A stretch of 64,000 bases of DNA from Rhina ancylostomus (taxonomy: Eukaryota): contig JARFYF010000074.1 of the NCBI GenBank assembly GCA_030265395.1, positions 71,193,728 to 71,257,727 on the forward strand, read 5' to 3'. Position 1 is the stretch's first letter. Every line of letters begins with the position of its first letter. Under the pieces are notes generated by a model. The model did not search any database and was not told the DNA's origin. It worked only from the letters and a program-made list of their open reading frames with translations. The translations under genes and the position numbers were made by a program. Of this stretch, positions 53,101-64,000 are shown one piece after another.

Positions 53101-54699
53101 NNNNNNNNNNNNNNNNNNNNNNNNNNNNNNNNNNNNNNNNNNNNNNNNNNNNNNNNNNNNNNNNNNNNNNNNNNNNNNNNNNNNNNNNNNNNNNNNNNNN
53201 NNNNNNNNNNNNNNNNNNNNNNNNNNNNNNNNNNNNNNNNNNNNNNNNNNNNNNNNNNNNNNNNNNNNNNNNNNNNNNNNNNNNNNNNNNNNNNNNNNNN
53301 NNNNNNNNNNNNNNNNNNNNNNNNNNNNNNNNNNNNNNNNNNNNNNNNNNNNNNNNNNNNNNNNNNNNNNNNNNNNNNNNNNNNNNNNNNNNNNNNNNNN
53401 NNNNNNNNNNNNNNNNNNNNNNNNNNNNNNNNNNNNNNNNNNNNNNNNNNNNNNNNNNNNNNNNNNNNNNNNNNNNNNNNNNNNNNNNNNNNNNNNNNNN
53501 NNNNNNNNNNNNNNNNNNNNNNNNNNNNNNNNNNNNNNNNNNNNNNNNNNNNNNNNNNNNNNNNNNNNNNNNNNNNNNNNNNNNNNNNNNNNNNNNNNNN
53601 NNNNNNNNNNNGTGAATTTTTGGCAGTTATCATTATGTTCAGTGATATAATATTGGTTCAAAAGGATCACATGCTTGTTGTTTATCAGATTTGCTTGATG
53701 TGCTAACTTTCTTTGTGGAACATAAGATGTTTGGGCTAGGATTGGTGCATGTTTCACTCACTACATCAAATTCCACAGGAAAACTAAAATATAACATATA
53801 AAATGAGAACAGGCTGTTTAGCTTGTTCCTACAAATACCAATACTGTGCCTCACCTTAATTTTTCAATCTCCTGATAGATAAGAATAACCAAGTGTAAAA
53901 GCAAATAAGAAGTAAAAGGATGATGTTCTGAGATCCATCCCACACCCTCCCTGCTTAAGAGGCTGGATGGAGAATTGCCCAACAATCTTGACAAATATAG
54001 CTTCTAAGTCAGCATTCAAAACTGCTGGAGACATGTAGTATTTGATCAGCTTCACCTGTAGTTTTCGTCTTCACTTTTTTTGTAGCTATATTTGCATCCA
54101 GTTCTCTTAAAGAGTTAATGGAAATTGATTGCACCTATCTTGTTCTTTTTCTCTGATCCCTGGGCATGCTGGAGGTTTTTAATTTTGTATCCATGTCCCT
54201 TTGTTGTCCTGCAATCAAAATGTAAGTTATATAACCTGCTTACATGCATGCTTTTCAACATTTTAAAGACCTGGATTATATCTCCTTCAATCTTTCCTCC
54301 TTTAAATCTAGGCAAGCCAAGATTGCCTGTTTATCTTCTTAATAGTCAGGAAATAATCTTTATCACTCCTTCACTACCCCTCCCAATATATTGTTGTCCT
54401 TTTAAAGACAGACATTCACAGCATGGCACAAAATATTCCAAAATTGATTTTTTACCAGTAAGATTTAAGGGTCAGAATAATCTATTTTGATATGTGATCA
54501 AATGCCCTTGAGATGCATTCTAGTGATTAACCTTGTTGAGAGCACTGCACATTGCCTATATGCTCAATAATCACACTCAGNNNNNNNNNNGCCGCCATTT
54601 GAATTCACCTGCATTTCAGCATCACATTTTATGTGCCACTTTTAGATTTACGCACTCTTTTCGTTCAGTTCTCTTGTAATACTGTCAATCAGCCAGCTG

Positions 54700-55290
54700 C
54701 ACACAGACAGCACAGAAGTGGGCCTTTTAGCCCATTACATCCACACTAACCGTTTTGCCCATCTACACTTATCCCATTTTCCCCACATGAGGTCCATATC
54801 CTTCCTTGCCTATTCAAGTGCCTGTCTAAATGTCTCTGATACATAGTGATTGTATCTGATTTCACTACCCTCTCTGGTAGTGAGTTCCAGACATTAACCA
54901 CTTTCCCCTCACATCCTCCATAAAGCTCGTTCCTCTCACAAATCTATACCCTCTTGTTTTTGATACTCTTCCCATCGGATTCTGACTATCTACCTTATCC
55001 AAGCCTCTTACAATTTTACCCCTTACCTCTTTTGCTCCAGGGAAAACATATCCAGCCTACTCAATCCCCCCAATATCCAAAGTCCTTCAAATCAGGCAAC
55101 ATCATGGTGAATCTCCCCCGCACTCTCTCCAGCACAACCACATCCCTCCTCTAGTGTGATGACCAGAACTGCATACAATACTTCAAGTGTGATCTCACCA
55201 GTGTATTGTAAATTTGCAGCAAAACATCCCAACTTTTGTATTCTATACCCTGACTTATGAAGACAAACATGACATCTTGGATTAATTGGC
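54700..55290 (-). mobile_element. CR1 LINE 3' fragment
   Basis: FISQGIEYKSWDVLLQIYNTLVRSHLKYCMQFWSSH and CR1 tail near 54710. Confidence 0.88.
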
Positions 55291-58200
55291 AATTGTATAT
55301 TCTCTTAATGATTAGTATAAATCCTAATAGTTTCCTGTGTAATGCTATACTCGCTGTGCCATTTCTGACTACTCTCCTATTAACTGTCTTCTGCTTTCTG
55401 CTATTTAGCCACCTTATAATACAGCTGGCTGGTGAGAGAAGGCACACGGAAATCTCCCTTTCCCAGCCAGCAAAAGGTGCCTGCAGCACTGCAGCAGCTG
55501 GCAAATCCATCCCCATCCATCCTGCTGGTTTCCCAAATGTTCATTCATATGTATGCGGTGTCCATAAATCGGGCATTCATAGCCTGGGGAGGACCTGTAC
55601 TTTAAATGTAAATTTTTTTCACTTGAAAAGGTATTCAAAAGATTTGTAAGTGTCATAACAGAGCCTCTTGATTTTTATTCAATTTTATTAGCCATGACTC
55701 AGCTGGTAGTACTTTTGCCTTTAAGTCAGAGGTATTTGGGTTCAATTCACACTCTAGAAACTCAAATGCAAAAATTTAGGCTGATACTGTGAGAGAGCTG
55801 CACCGGATAAAATGGTGAGGCAAGGCTATGTCTGTTCTCAGATAGATATCAAAGAGCCCAGCATAGTCACTACAGTTTAGCAACACTGGGACCACTCTGA
55901 TCACTTTGCACTAAAATTAACTTTGTTTTTTGCTGTAATTGTGTNNNNNNNNNNNNNNNNNNNNNNNNNNNNNNNNNNNNNNNNNNNNNNNNNNNNNNNN
56001 NNNNNNNNNNNNNNNNNNNNNNNNNNNNNNNNNNNNNNNNNNNNNNNNNNNNNNNNNNNNNNNNNNNNNNNNNNNNNNNNNNNNNNNNNNNNNNNNNNNN
56101 NNNNNNNNNNNNNNNNNNNNNNNNNNNNNNNNNNNNNNNNNNNNNNNNNNNNNNNNNNNNNNNNNNNNNNNNNNNNNNNNNNNNNNNNNNNNNNNNNNNN
56201 NNNNNNNNNNNNNNNNNNNNNNNNNNNNNNNNNNNNNNNNNNNNNNNNNNNNNNNNNNNNNNNNNNNNNNNNNNNNNNNNNNNNNNNNNNNNNNNNNNNN
56301 NNNNNNNNNNNNNNNNNNNNNNNNNNNNNNNNNNNNNNNNNNNNNNNNNNNNNNNNNNNNNNNNNNNNNNNNNNNNNNNNNNNNNNNNNNNNNNNNNNNN
56401 NNNNNNNNNNNNNNNNNNNNNNNNNNNNNNNNNNNNNNNNNNNNNNNNNNNNNNNNNNNNNNNNNNNNNNNNNNNNNNNNNNNNNNNNNNNNNNNNNNNN
56501 NNNNNNNNNNNNNNNNNNNNNNNNNNNNNNNNNNNNNNNNNNNNNNNNNNNNNNNNNNNNNNNNNNNNNNNNNNNNNNNNNNNNNNNNNNNNNNNNNNNN
56601 NNNNNNNNNNNNNNNNNNNNNNNNNNNNNNNNNNNNNNNNNNNNNNNNNNNNNNNNNNNNNNNNNNNNNNNNNNNNNNNNNNNNNNNNNNNNNNNNNNNN
56701 NNNNNNNNNNNNNNNNNNNNNNNNNNNNNNNNNNNNNNNNNAAGGCAGATGCAATGCTGCTCTTGAATGCGATAAGCTTTTATTACCCTATTATTAGATG
56801 ATCCAGTTAGTTATTAGTTTTTACAGTTATGGGTCTGATAACAGCAATAGAATTTTTCCCAGTTCTCCTATTCATTTTATTTTCCTTTTTGAAAAGCAAT
56901 TGCTGGTGCTTTCAGAGTGAAATCACTGCAAATAAAATGGCTCCTTTTTGTTGTTTATTTGATATTGGTACTGATGCGAGACCCAACAATTTTCACAAGC
57001 TTGATTTTGAAGAGCCAACTCCTCACTCTTCCTTGTGAGATGTTACTGACAGTGAAGTGGGATATCCTCTTATGCACTCATTGTTATCGAGAAGCTACAA
57101 ACATGGGTTTTGCTTTACATATTTTACCAGGTTCATTTGTACTAGTCCTGCCTTGGAGCAACCAGAATATCTTACATTTAGAAAAGATTTCATTCAGCAA
57201 AGTAATTAGTCACATGATATGGTCACCAAGGGGATGAAAATAGAACTCCACCTTGTAACTCCTCATATGCATTTTCCCTTAAACACTTTTGGAGGCAGGT
57301 CAAGGCCATACTTATTAAAAAAATGTAAATTATTTTATTTTACAAAAGTGCAGAGTAACAGTTATTACTATTGGACTCACTTTATTCACAAACACGACAT
57401 TCCATAAAATAACAAAATAACAAACCCAACGTGCTTCCCCAAATTGTTGCTTGACTTNNNNNNNNNNNNNNNNNNNNNNNNNNNNNNNNNNNNNNNNNNN
57501 NNNNNNNNNNNNNNNNNNNNNNNNNNNNNNNNNNNNNNNNNNNNNNNNNNNNNNNNNTGAATACATAAACCTTTAATAGATTTGGTGCCCTCTAACATAG
57601 AGAAGTCTGAAAGCCCAAATGTTAAAACCAGGAGCAATCTCTATAATGGGAGGTGGATGAGTAGAACAAGCAGAAGGGTGCTTCTAAAACCAGGATATGT
57701 TTTTTAGACAGAGAGAGAGGGGAAACTCGGCTTAGAAGTAAGTGTGGCGATACAGCTGTGTATAAATATGTTGCCTTGTATTTTGTCAAATTTCCTTGAG
57801 ATCAAGGAGGTGAGTTCTAAGTTAGCTAGACCAGATACAGTTAACAATGTGGAAGATACATTTAAGCAGGAACTGAAGGTCTAACAGGAACGAACAGCAC
57901 TCTAAAGATAGAATTTCATCACCGTGATATCTCAGAAGGCCAATATCTACATCCCAGGAGGAAGGCAAGGTAACCAGTTCATTTAGCTCATTAGATGAGG
58001 TTGCTAAGTTTTGGAAACATTGTGAACGATGAGCATGCAGACTTTAATCTATTCAATAGATTGGCTGTCCAATGCTGTTAACCTGTCAGCAGTGTAATGA
58101 GTGCAATCTTAAATTAATCTCACTAATTTATATCAATGTCAGACACTGACCTCTTGTTACCAGCAAGTGGCTGAAGCTAAATTACTGTGACACAACTTAA

Positions 58201-58629
58201 CAGCCTTTGTAACCTTTATTATTTCTTTCATCAATTAAAAACAACTTGTATGTGTACAATACCTTTCCCCAGTAAAACATCCAAGGCATTTGACATGAAA
58301 ACTTTTTTACCAAGGTTTTCGACAGAAGTCTTAACAGTTCCCTGTAGGGGCTGGCGTCAAATCCTGTTCGATGGCACTTCTTTGAAGTGTCCTGGGACCT
58401 TCTACTTTAGGAAAGGCACCATGTAAGTTTAAGTTGTTTTTGTTGTGATTAACCCTACCAATGAATATTTTACATGTTATAGGAATAAGGTTAATAAACA
58501 ATTACCAGCTCATTGCTTTGATGTCAGATTTTGCTGATCAGCAAAAAAAGCATAAGGTTCATTCAATTGGTAGATTGTACACTTCTTGATGGGATGTTAA
58601 TAGTGCAAATATGAATAGAACCCCAATTT

Positions 58630-59760
58630 GTTGAATCATAGAAAAATCATAGAGATTTATGTTACAGAAAGGAAGCCATACAGACCTCAGAATTCATGCA
58701 GCTAAAGATTTACTGATCCAACGTAATAGATCTCAGTCCATAGACTTGTAGGTTATGGTTCAAGTTCTCATCCAGTGCTGCTTAAAATGTGATGAGACTT
58801 TCCGCTTTCACCTCTCCTTCTGCCTCCACTACCCTATCATGTGAAGAGTTCCTGACCCACACTAATCTTTGGGTAATTTCTTTTTCTTCAAATTCCATCC
58901 CTTGATCAATTAACTAATCAGTCCAGATCTCTTAGTTAATGATCTCTCTGATAGATGACATAGGGTGAATATGAAGGACCAATCACAGTGTTCCAATTTT
59001 ATATATTGCTATGAAGTCACCTCCTCAGGCTCCAGTGCCCTTAATAACCTCAGACTAGGCAGTCTCTCTGCATAGCTATAATTCTCCATTTCCAGTCACG
59101 TGCTCTTAAATTTCCCCTGCACCCTCTCCAGCACTACCACATTTCCTGTAATGTGGTGATCAGGACTGTTTACAGTATTCTAACTGTCCTCTAACTTGAG
59201 TTACTTAGTATACAGTTCTGGTACGACCTTACTGTTCTTCTGTCCCGCTGAAGGGTCTCGCACCGGAACATCGACTGTTTATTTCCCTCCATAGATGCTG
59301 CCTGACCTGCTGAGTTCCTCCAGCACTTGGCGGGTGTTNNNNNNNNNNNNNNNNNNNNNNNNNNNNNNNNNNNNNNNNNNNNNNNNNNNNNNNNNNNNNN
59401 NNNNNNNNNNNNNNNNNNNNNNNNNNNNNNNNNNNNNNGAACATCGACTGTTTATTTCCCTCCATAGATGCTGCCTGACCTGCTGAGTTCCTCCAGCACT
59501 TGGCGGGTGTTGCTTACTGTCTTCTATTCTGTTGCTTGACCAATTAAGGCAACTATTGCATAAGCCTTCATAACCTGCTCACCTACCTGTCTGCTACCTC
59601 CAGATATCTGTGGACATCCAACATAAGATCACTGTCTTCATCTACATTTGTTAATACTCACTATATATCATGCACCGTTGTGCCTTGTTTGCCTTCTCCA
59701 ATTCCATTACCTCACAATTCTCTGGATTGAATTCCTTTCACTGCTCATGTGTCTAAATTT
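58630..59760 (-). mobile_element. Old CR1 fragment interrupted by a Penelope-type terminus (59230-59512)
   Basis: aatcatagaaaaatcatagag tail; ccctgcaccctctccagc; ggtgatcaggactgtttacagtattc; inserted gaagggtctcgcaccggaacatcgactg...gagttcctccagca. Confidence 0.7.
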
Positions 59761-59769
59761 CCATTAACA

Positions 59770-60515
59770 CTATTAAATTAAAGGATGAGGCTTCTAAAGT
59801 TTCCAGAAACAAGAGGCTTGTGGAATGAAAGCATTTTAGAATTAAGCAAAGGAGGACCAAGAAATTGATAAAGAAAGGTAAGATAGAAAATGAAAGTAAA
59901 TTGGCGTAAAACATGAAAACAGACTTTAAAAGAAGAAAGACCAGCAAGGACAAATATGGGGCCCAGCAAACAGAGACAGAAGAATTTATTCAGGGAAATA
60001 TAAAGAAAATAGTAGAGGAATTAAACAATTATTTTGTGCCCGTCTTCAAAGAAGACATTCAAAACCTGCAGAATAAATTAGAGAATCAAGGGTCCAGTAA
60101 GAATAAGGAACTGAAGAAACTAAGTATTCCTCAAAATTTAGTACCAGAGGAATTGATGAGCTTTGAAGCTGATAAATCCCAAGCAGCCAATGATCTATAA
60201 CCCAGATAATAGAAAACTTTAAAAAGACGAATAGGACTGAACATATTCAACATGATTTATGGAAGAAAAATTGTGGAATAGGTAAGGAGAAACCTGTCAA
60301 CCTGGTGCATTTGGATATTTGAAAGAGTTATGAGAAAATCTTACACAGAAGTTGGTCAACAAGGATAAAGCACATGGAATCAGGAGTAATATACTGACAT
60401 GGATAATTATCAGACAAAAAGCAAACAATGGGAATAACAGATCCTGGTTAGGTTGACAGACTGATGAGGTACTGGGTATGAATTGTTGGCATTCATCTAT
60501 ATCAATGATTTGCCT
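59770..60515 (+). mobile_element. Old CR1 ORF2 middle/RT remnant
   Basis: VEELNNYFVPVFKED...FEADKSQAANDL; FIYINDL. Confidence 0.7.
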
Positions 60516-60519
60516 GATG

Positions 60520-61330
60520 GGAAAGGGGGCAGTGTATATGCACCTGTCTACATCAATAGTGCTGAGGTCAAGAGGGTTGAGAGCTTCAAGTTCCTGGGAG
60601 TGAATATCACCAACAGCCTGCCCTGGTCAAATCACGTAGATGCCATGGCCAAGAAGGTTCACCGGCGCCTCTAATTCCTCAGGAGGCTAAAGAAATTTGG
60701 CTTGTCCCCTTTGGCACACACCAACTTTTATCTATGCCCCATAAAAAGCATCCTTTCTGGAAGCATCATGGCTTGGTACAGCAACTGCTCTGCCCAGGAC
60801 TGCAAGAAACTGCAGAGAGTTGTGGACACAGCCCAGAGCACCNNNNNNNNNNNNNNNNNNNNNNNNNNNNNNNNNNNNNNNNNNNNNNNNNNNNNNNNNN
60901 NNNNNNNNNNNNNNNNNNNNNNNNNNNNNNNNNNNNNNNNNNNNNNNNNNNNNNNNNNNNNNNNNNNNNNNNNNNNNNNNNNNNNNNNNNNNNNNNNNNN
61001 NNNNNNNNNNNNNNNNNNNNNNNNNNNNNNNNNNNNNNNNNNNNNNNNNNNNNNNNNNNNNNNNNNNNNNNNNNNNNNNNNNNNNNNNNNNNNNNNNNNN
61101 NNNNNNNNNNNNNNNNNNNNNNNNNNNNNNNNNNNNNNNNNNNNNNNNNNNNNNNNNNNNNNNNNNNNNNNNNNNNNNNNNNNNNNNNNNNNNNNNNNNN
61201 NNNNNNNNNNNNNNNNNNNNNNNNNNNAATGTAACTGCACTGTGTAATGAATTGACCTGTACGATTGGTATGCAAGACAAGTTTTTCACTGTACCTCTGT
61301 ACAAGTGACAATAATAAACCAATACCAATG
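60520..61330 (+). mobile_element. Rex1/Babar-clade LINE 3' fragment spanning a gap
   Basis: PVYINSAEVKRVESFKFLGVNITNSLPWSNHVDAMAKKVHRRL*FLRRLKKFG..TNFY..IKSILSGSIMAWYSNCSAQDCKKLQRVV; tail tttcactgtacctctgtacaagtgacaataataaaccaatacca. Confidence 0.85.
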
Positions 61331-61404
61331 AGGGGACTTTGATAAATGGCAAAGCAGGCTCAAAGAGCAGATGGCCAACTCTTGCACCTATTTCTTATGT
61401 TCTC

Positions 61405-61700
61405 GTAGAGTCAAAGACTCATTAGGCACGGAAACAGGCCCTTCATCCCAACTGGTTCATCTGACAAGATTCCCATCCAAGCTAATCCATTTGCCTGTGT
61501 TTGGCCCATATCCCTCTAAACCTTCCCTATTCATGTACTTGTCCAAGTACCTTTTAAATGTTGTAAATGCATCTGTCTCAACCGCTTCCTCTGGTAGCTC
61601 ACTGCATATACTGATCACCCTCTGGATGAAAAAAATGCCCCTCAAGTTCCTATTAACTCTCTACCCTCTCACCCTTAACGTATGTCCTCTAGTTATCTTC
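61405..61700 (-). mobile_element. CR1 LINE 3' end
   Basis: RGIFFIQRVISICSELPEEAVETDAFTTFKRYLDKYMNREGLEGYGPN. Confidence 0.9.
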
Positions 61701-62119
61701 TTAATATTTCAACATAGAACATGATAACATTCCCTGGTGTCCTGGCAACATTTATCCTCAATCAACATCAAAGAAGCAGATTACCTGGATAACCACACTA
61801 TTTGTGGGAACTTTCCATAAGCAAATTGACTGTTACCATGACAATAGTTCTTTGGGATATCATGAAGGGGATAATATCTTTTTCTGCTGCAGCATATTTT
61901 CCTGCAACAGTAAAAATGGAAGAATTATGCAAGGTACACAAAGACTGGCGAGTTTTTGACCAGCTCCAACACCATCTGGCAAATGGCCTGCTCTGTATCA
62001 TAAATTTTCTATGATTCCACAGAGATAAAAAAACAAGAAAATTTTCATGTTTTGAATAGATATAGAGTAATAATGAATTGTGAGGTTTGGATGCTTCACA
62101 GATTCACGATTTCACAGTA

Positions 62120-62855
62120 AGATATAGAACCATAGAACAATACAGCACAATGCAGGCCCTTCGGCCCACCATGTTGTGCCGCCCATCAAACCACACCTCA
62201 NNNNNNNNNNNNNNNNNNNNNNNNNNNNNNNNNNNNNNNNNNNNNNNNNNNNNNNNNNNNNNNNNNNNNNNNNNNNNNNNNNNNNNNNNNNNNNNNNNNN
62301 AGATCTAACATGGCATTCCCTCTCGTTGGCCTGTCGACATACTGCGTCAGGAATCCATCCTGGCCACATTTAACAAATTCTGTCCCTTCTACACCTTTGG
62401 CACTAAGCAGGTTCCGGTCTCTAATTAGGAAGTTGAAGTCTCCCATTATAACAATGCTGTTATATTTGCTTCTCTCCAACCACTGCCTGCCAATCTGCTC
62501 CTCTATATCTCTACTGCTACCGGGGAGGGGGGGGCCTATAGAATACTCCCAGTAGAGTAACTGCTCCTTTCTTGTTCCTTACTTCCACCCACATGGCCTC
62601 TAGACACGATCCTTCTACAATACCCACCCTTTCCACAGCTGTAACAGTGTCCCTGACCAGTATCGCCACCCCTCCTCCTCTTCTCCCTTCTTCCCTGTCC
62701 CTTTTAAAACACAGAAAACCAGGAATATTCAACATCCACTCCTGCCCTGACATCAGCCACGTCTTCGTTATAGCCACAATATCAAAGTCCCCCACACTTA
62801 TCCAAGCACTCAGTTCATCTCCCTTATCCCTGACACTTCTTGCATTTACATAAAC
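62120..62855 (-). mobile_element. CR1 LINE: APE endonuclease domain and 3' tail on either side of a 100-N gap
   Basis: YVNARSVRDKGDEL..DIVAITKTWL..FKRDREEGRRGGGVAILV..GVFYRPP, IVIMGDFNF, QYVDRPTRGNAMLD; tail (atagaacc/a)n..aggcccttcggccc at 62123-62200. Confidence 0.92.
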
Positions 62856-63099
62856 CTTGTCATCACAAAACCTTACGAATCTCAGCTCCATAAATACAGA
62901 CTCATGAACCATCGTGATTTTGAAACCAGTTGGTTGATTCTATTTATGCTACCTGTACTATAACGAACTATAACACATCTGTAGGATGGGGAGGGGGCAG
63001 TTATATCTGCCAGCTGCCTGTTTGCCCCTGAAGAATAGGTGATCAATAGGAATTCTGGTGGGTACATTGGATAGCCATTAACCTACCAGAGAGAAGGTG

Positions 63100-63980
63100 C
63101 AATGGAATCAAAAATACAAGGTCTTGCCCAGGATGTGACCCAACTGAGGCACTCTTAAACTTGAAGCGAATGGTGATGCAAGATGCCCAGCAGCACCATT
63201 GTCATGTTCAATGTAACAGGAGCAGGTCTGAATAGTGTACAGCTTCACTGTGTAGAGCAACTTAACCATTAATCAGTTGGATGAGGAGGTCCAATTGCAT
63301 TCCACTTGCAGCAGAGAGAGGGGGCCCTCTGAGTTGCTGATTTTCCACTGCACAAGCAGTCCTGTCATTACATGAACAGTGAAGGTCCCCAGTCTGGCAT
63401 TCTCAACCACATCCTCGGTACTGCATGAACTATCAGGGATACTTTTCTTTTAGTCTGCTTCTCTTTTTGTGATATCACTAGACAACTATTTACTGGAAGC
63501 CATTCTGTATATGCATCAGGAATACCATTTACCCTGGAAACACAAGGCAGACTGCAGATGCTGGAATCTGGAGCAACACACAAGATGCTGAAGGAACTCA
63601 GTGGGTCAAGCAGCATCTATGGAGAGAAATCTGACTGTGAAGTCATGAATCTGTGAAACATCCAAACATTGCAATTCATTATTACTTAAGATGTCAGCTC
63701 TGTTCAAAAGATGAAAGCTTTCCAGATGAAGGGCCTCGACCTGAAACGTTGACTGTCCATTTCTCTTGGTAGATGTTGCCTGACCCACTGAGTTTCTCCA
63801 GCATCTTGTGTGCTGCATGTTATTTTTCCTGATGTTTCTCCCTTGGTGATGCAAGTGATATACGTCTTTCAGAACTATCCTATTAATCTTATTGGGTGCT
63901 TCTTGGGGAGGTCTAGTTGTTGGGCATCAATACATCATTTGGCATGGAAGGAATCCAGCCAATCAGCACACACCTATATA
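63100..63980 (-). mobile_element. Possible very degenerate PIF/Harbinger transposase interrupted by a Penelope mini-element
   Basis: Short motifs in the expected order: AGF..ID, INR, FPG..DAY, KYP, IE.T..LL, F.CL. Each is weak alone. Confidence 0.3.
63538..63815. mobile_element. Penelope-derived foldback mini-element with hammerhead-like motif
   Basis: cacacaagatgctgaaggaactcagtgggtcaagcagcatcta / tagatgttgcctgacccactgagtttctccagcatcttgtgtg inverted arms; cagatgaagg..cctgaaacgttgactg at 63723. Confidence 0.8.
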
Positions 63981-64000
63981 TATATCTGCTAAAAGAACCC

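Noticed and set aside
59266-59512. Exact ~70-bp direct repeat
   Set aside because: The copies flank a 100-N gap; most likely contig-end overlap, an assembly artefact.
20368-62479. Long ORFs made mostly of X
   Set aside because: Read-through of N gaps.
39400-64000. Exons of the expected neighbour MSL3 or other host genes
   Set aside because: I recognised no matching peptide by eye; short exons could have been missed.
1-64000. CRISPR arrays, operons, rRNA, or prokaryotic/viral defence-type systems
   Set aside because: No regularly spaced repeat-spacer array, no gene-dense region and no rRNA-like sequence; RT and nuclease fragments are all explained by known vertebrate transposon families.

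Overview
Eukaryotic, AT-rich, repeat-dense vertebrate DNA. The repeat content (HE1/V-SINE-type SINEs, CR1, RTE, Rex1, L2, Tx1/L1 and Penelope-like remnants) points to a cartilaginous fish, probably a ray or relative (inference). The draft assembly has many 10-N, ~100-N and larger gaps. Only one host coding exon is recognisable, and the ORF track misses it: a 41-nt minus-strand exon at 38036-37996 encoding MDVFSFVKIAKLS(G), followed by a GTAAGT donor. It matches the first coding exon of FRMPD4 (Preso/PDZD10). Positions 1-37995 are therefore most likely its long first coding intron, and 38037-64000 its 5' UTR, promoter and upstream region. The listed ORFs are transposon debris, gap read-through or chance frames. 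I found no convincing new multi-gene system. The best leads are small: a candidate recursive splice site at 49225, several uORFs before the FRMPD4 start, one SINE body with two different LINE-derived tails, Penelope-derived foldback elements with a recurrent variant hammerhead core, an inverted copy of nearby DNA inside one of them, and decayed PIF/Harbinger transposases. Repeat boundaries were set by eye and are approximate.
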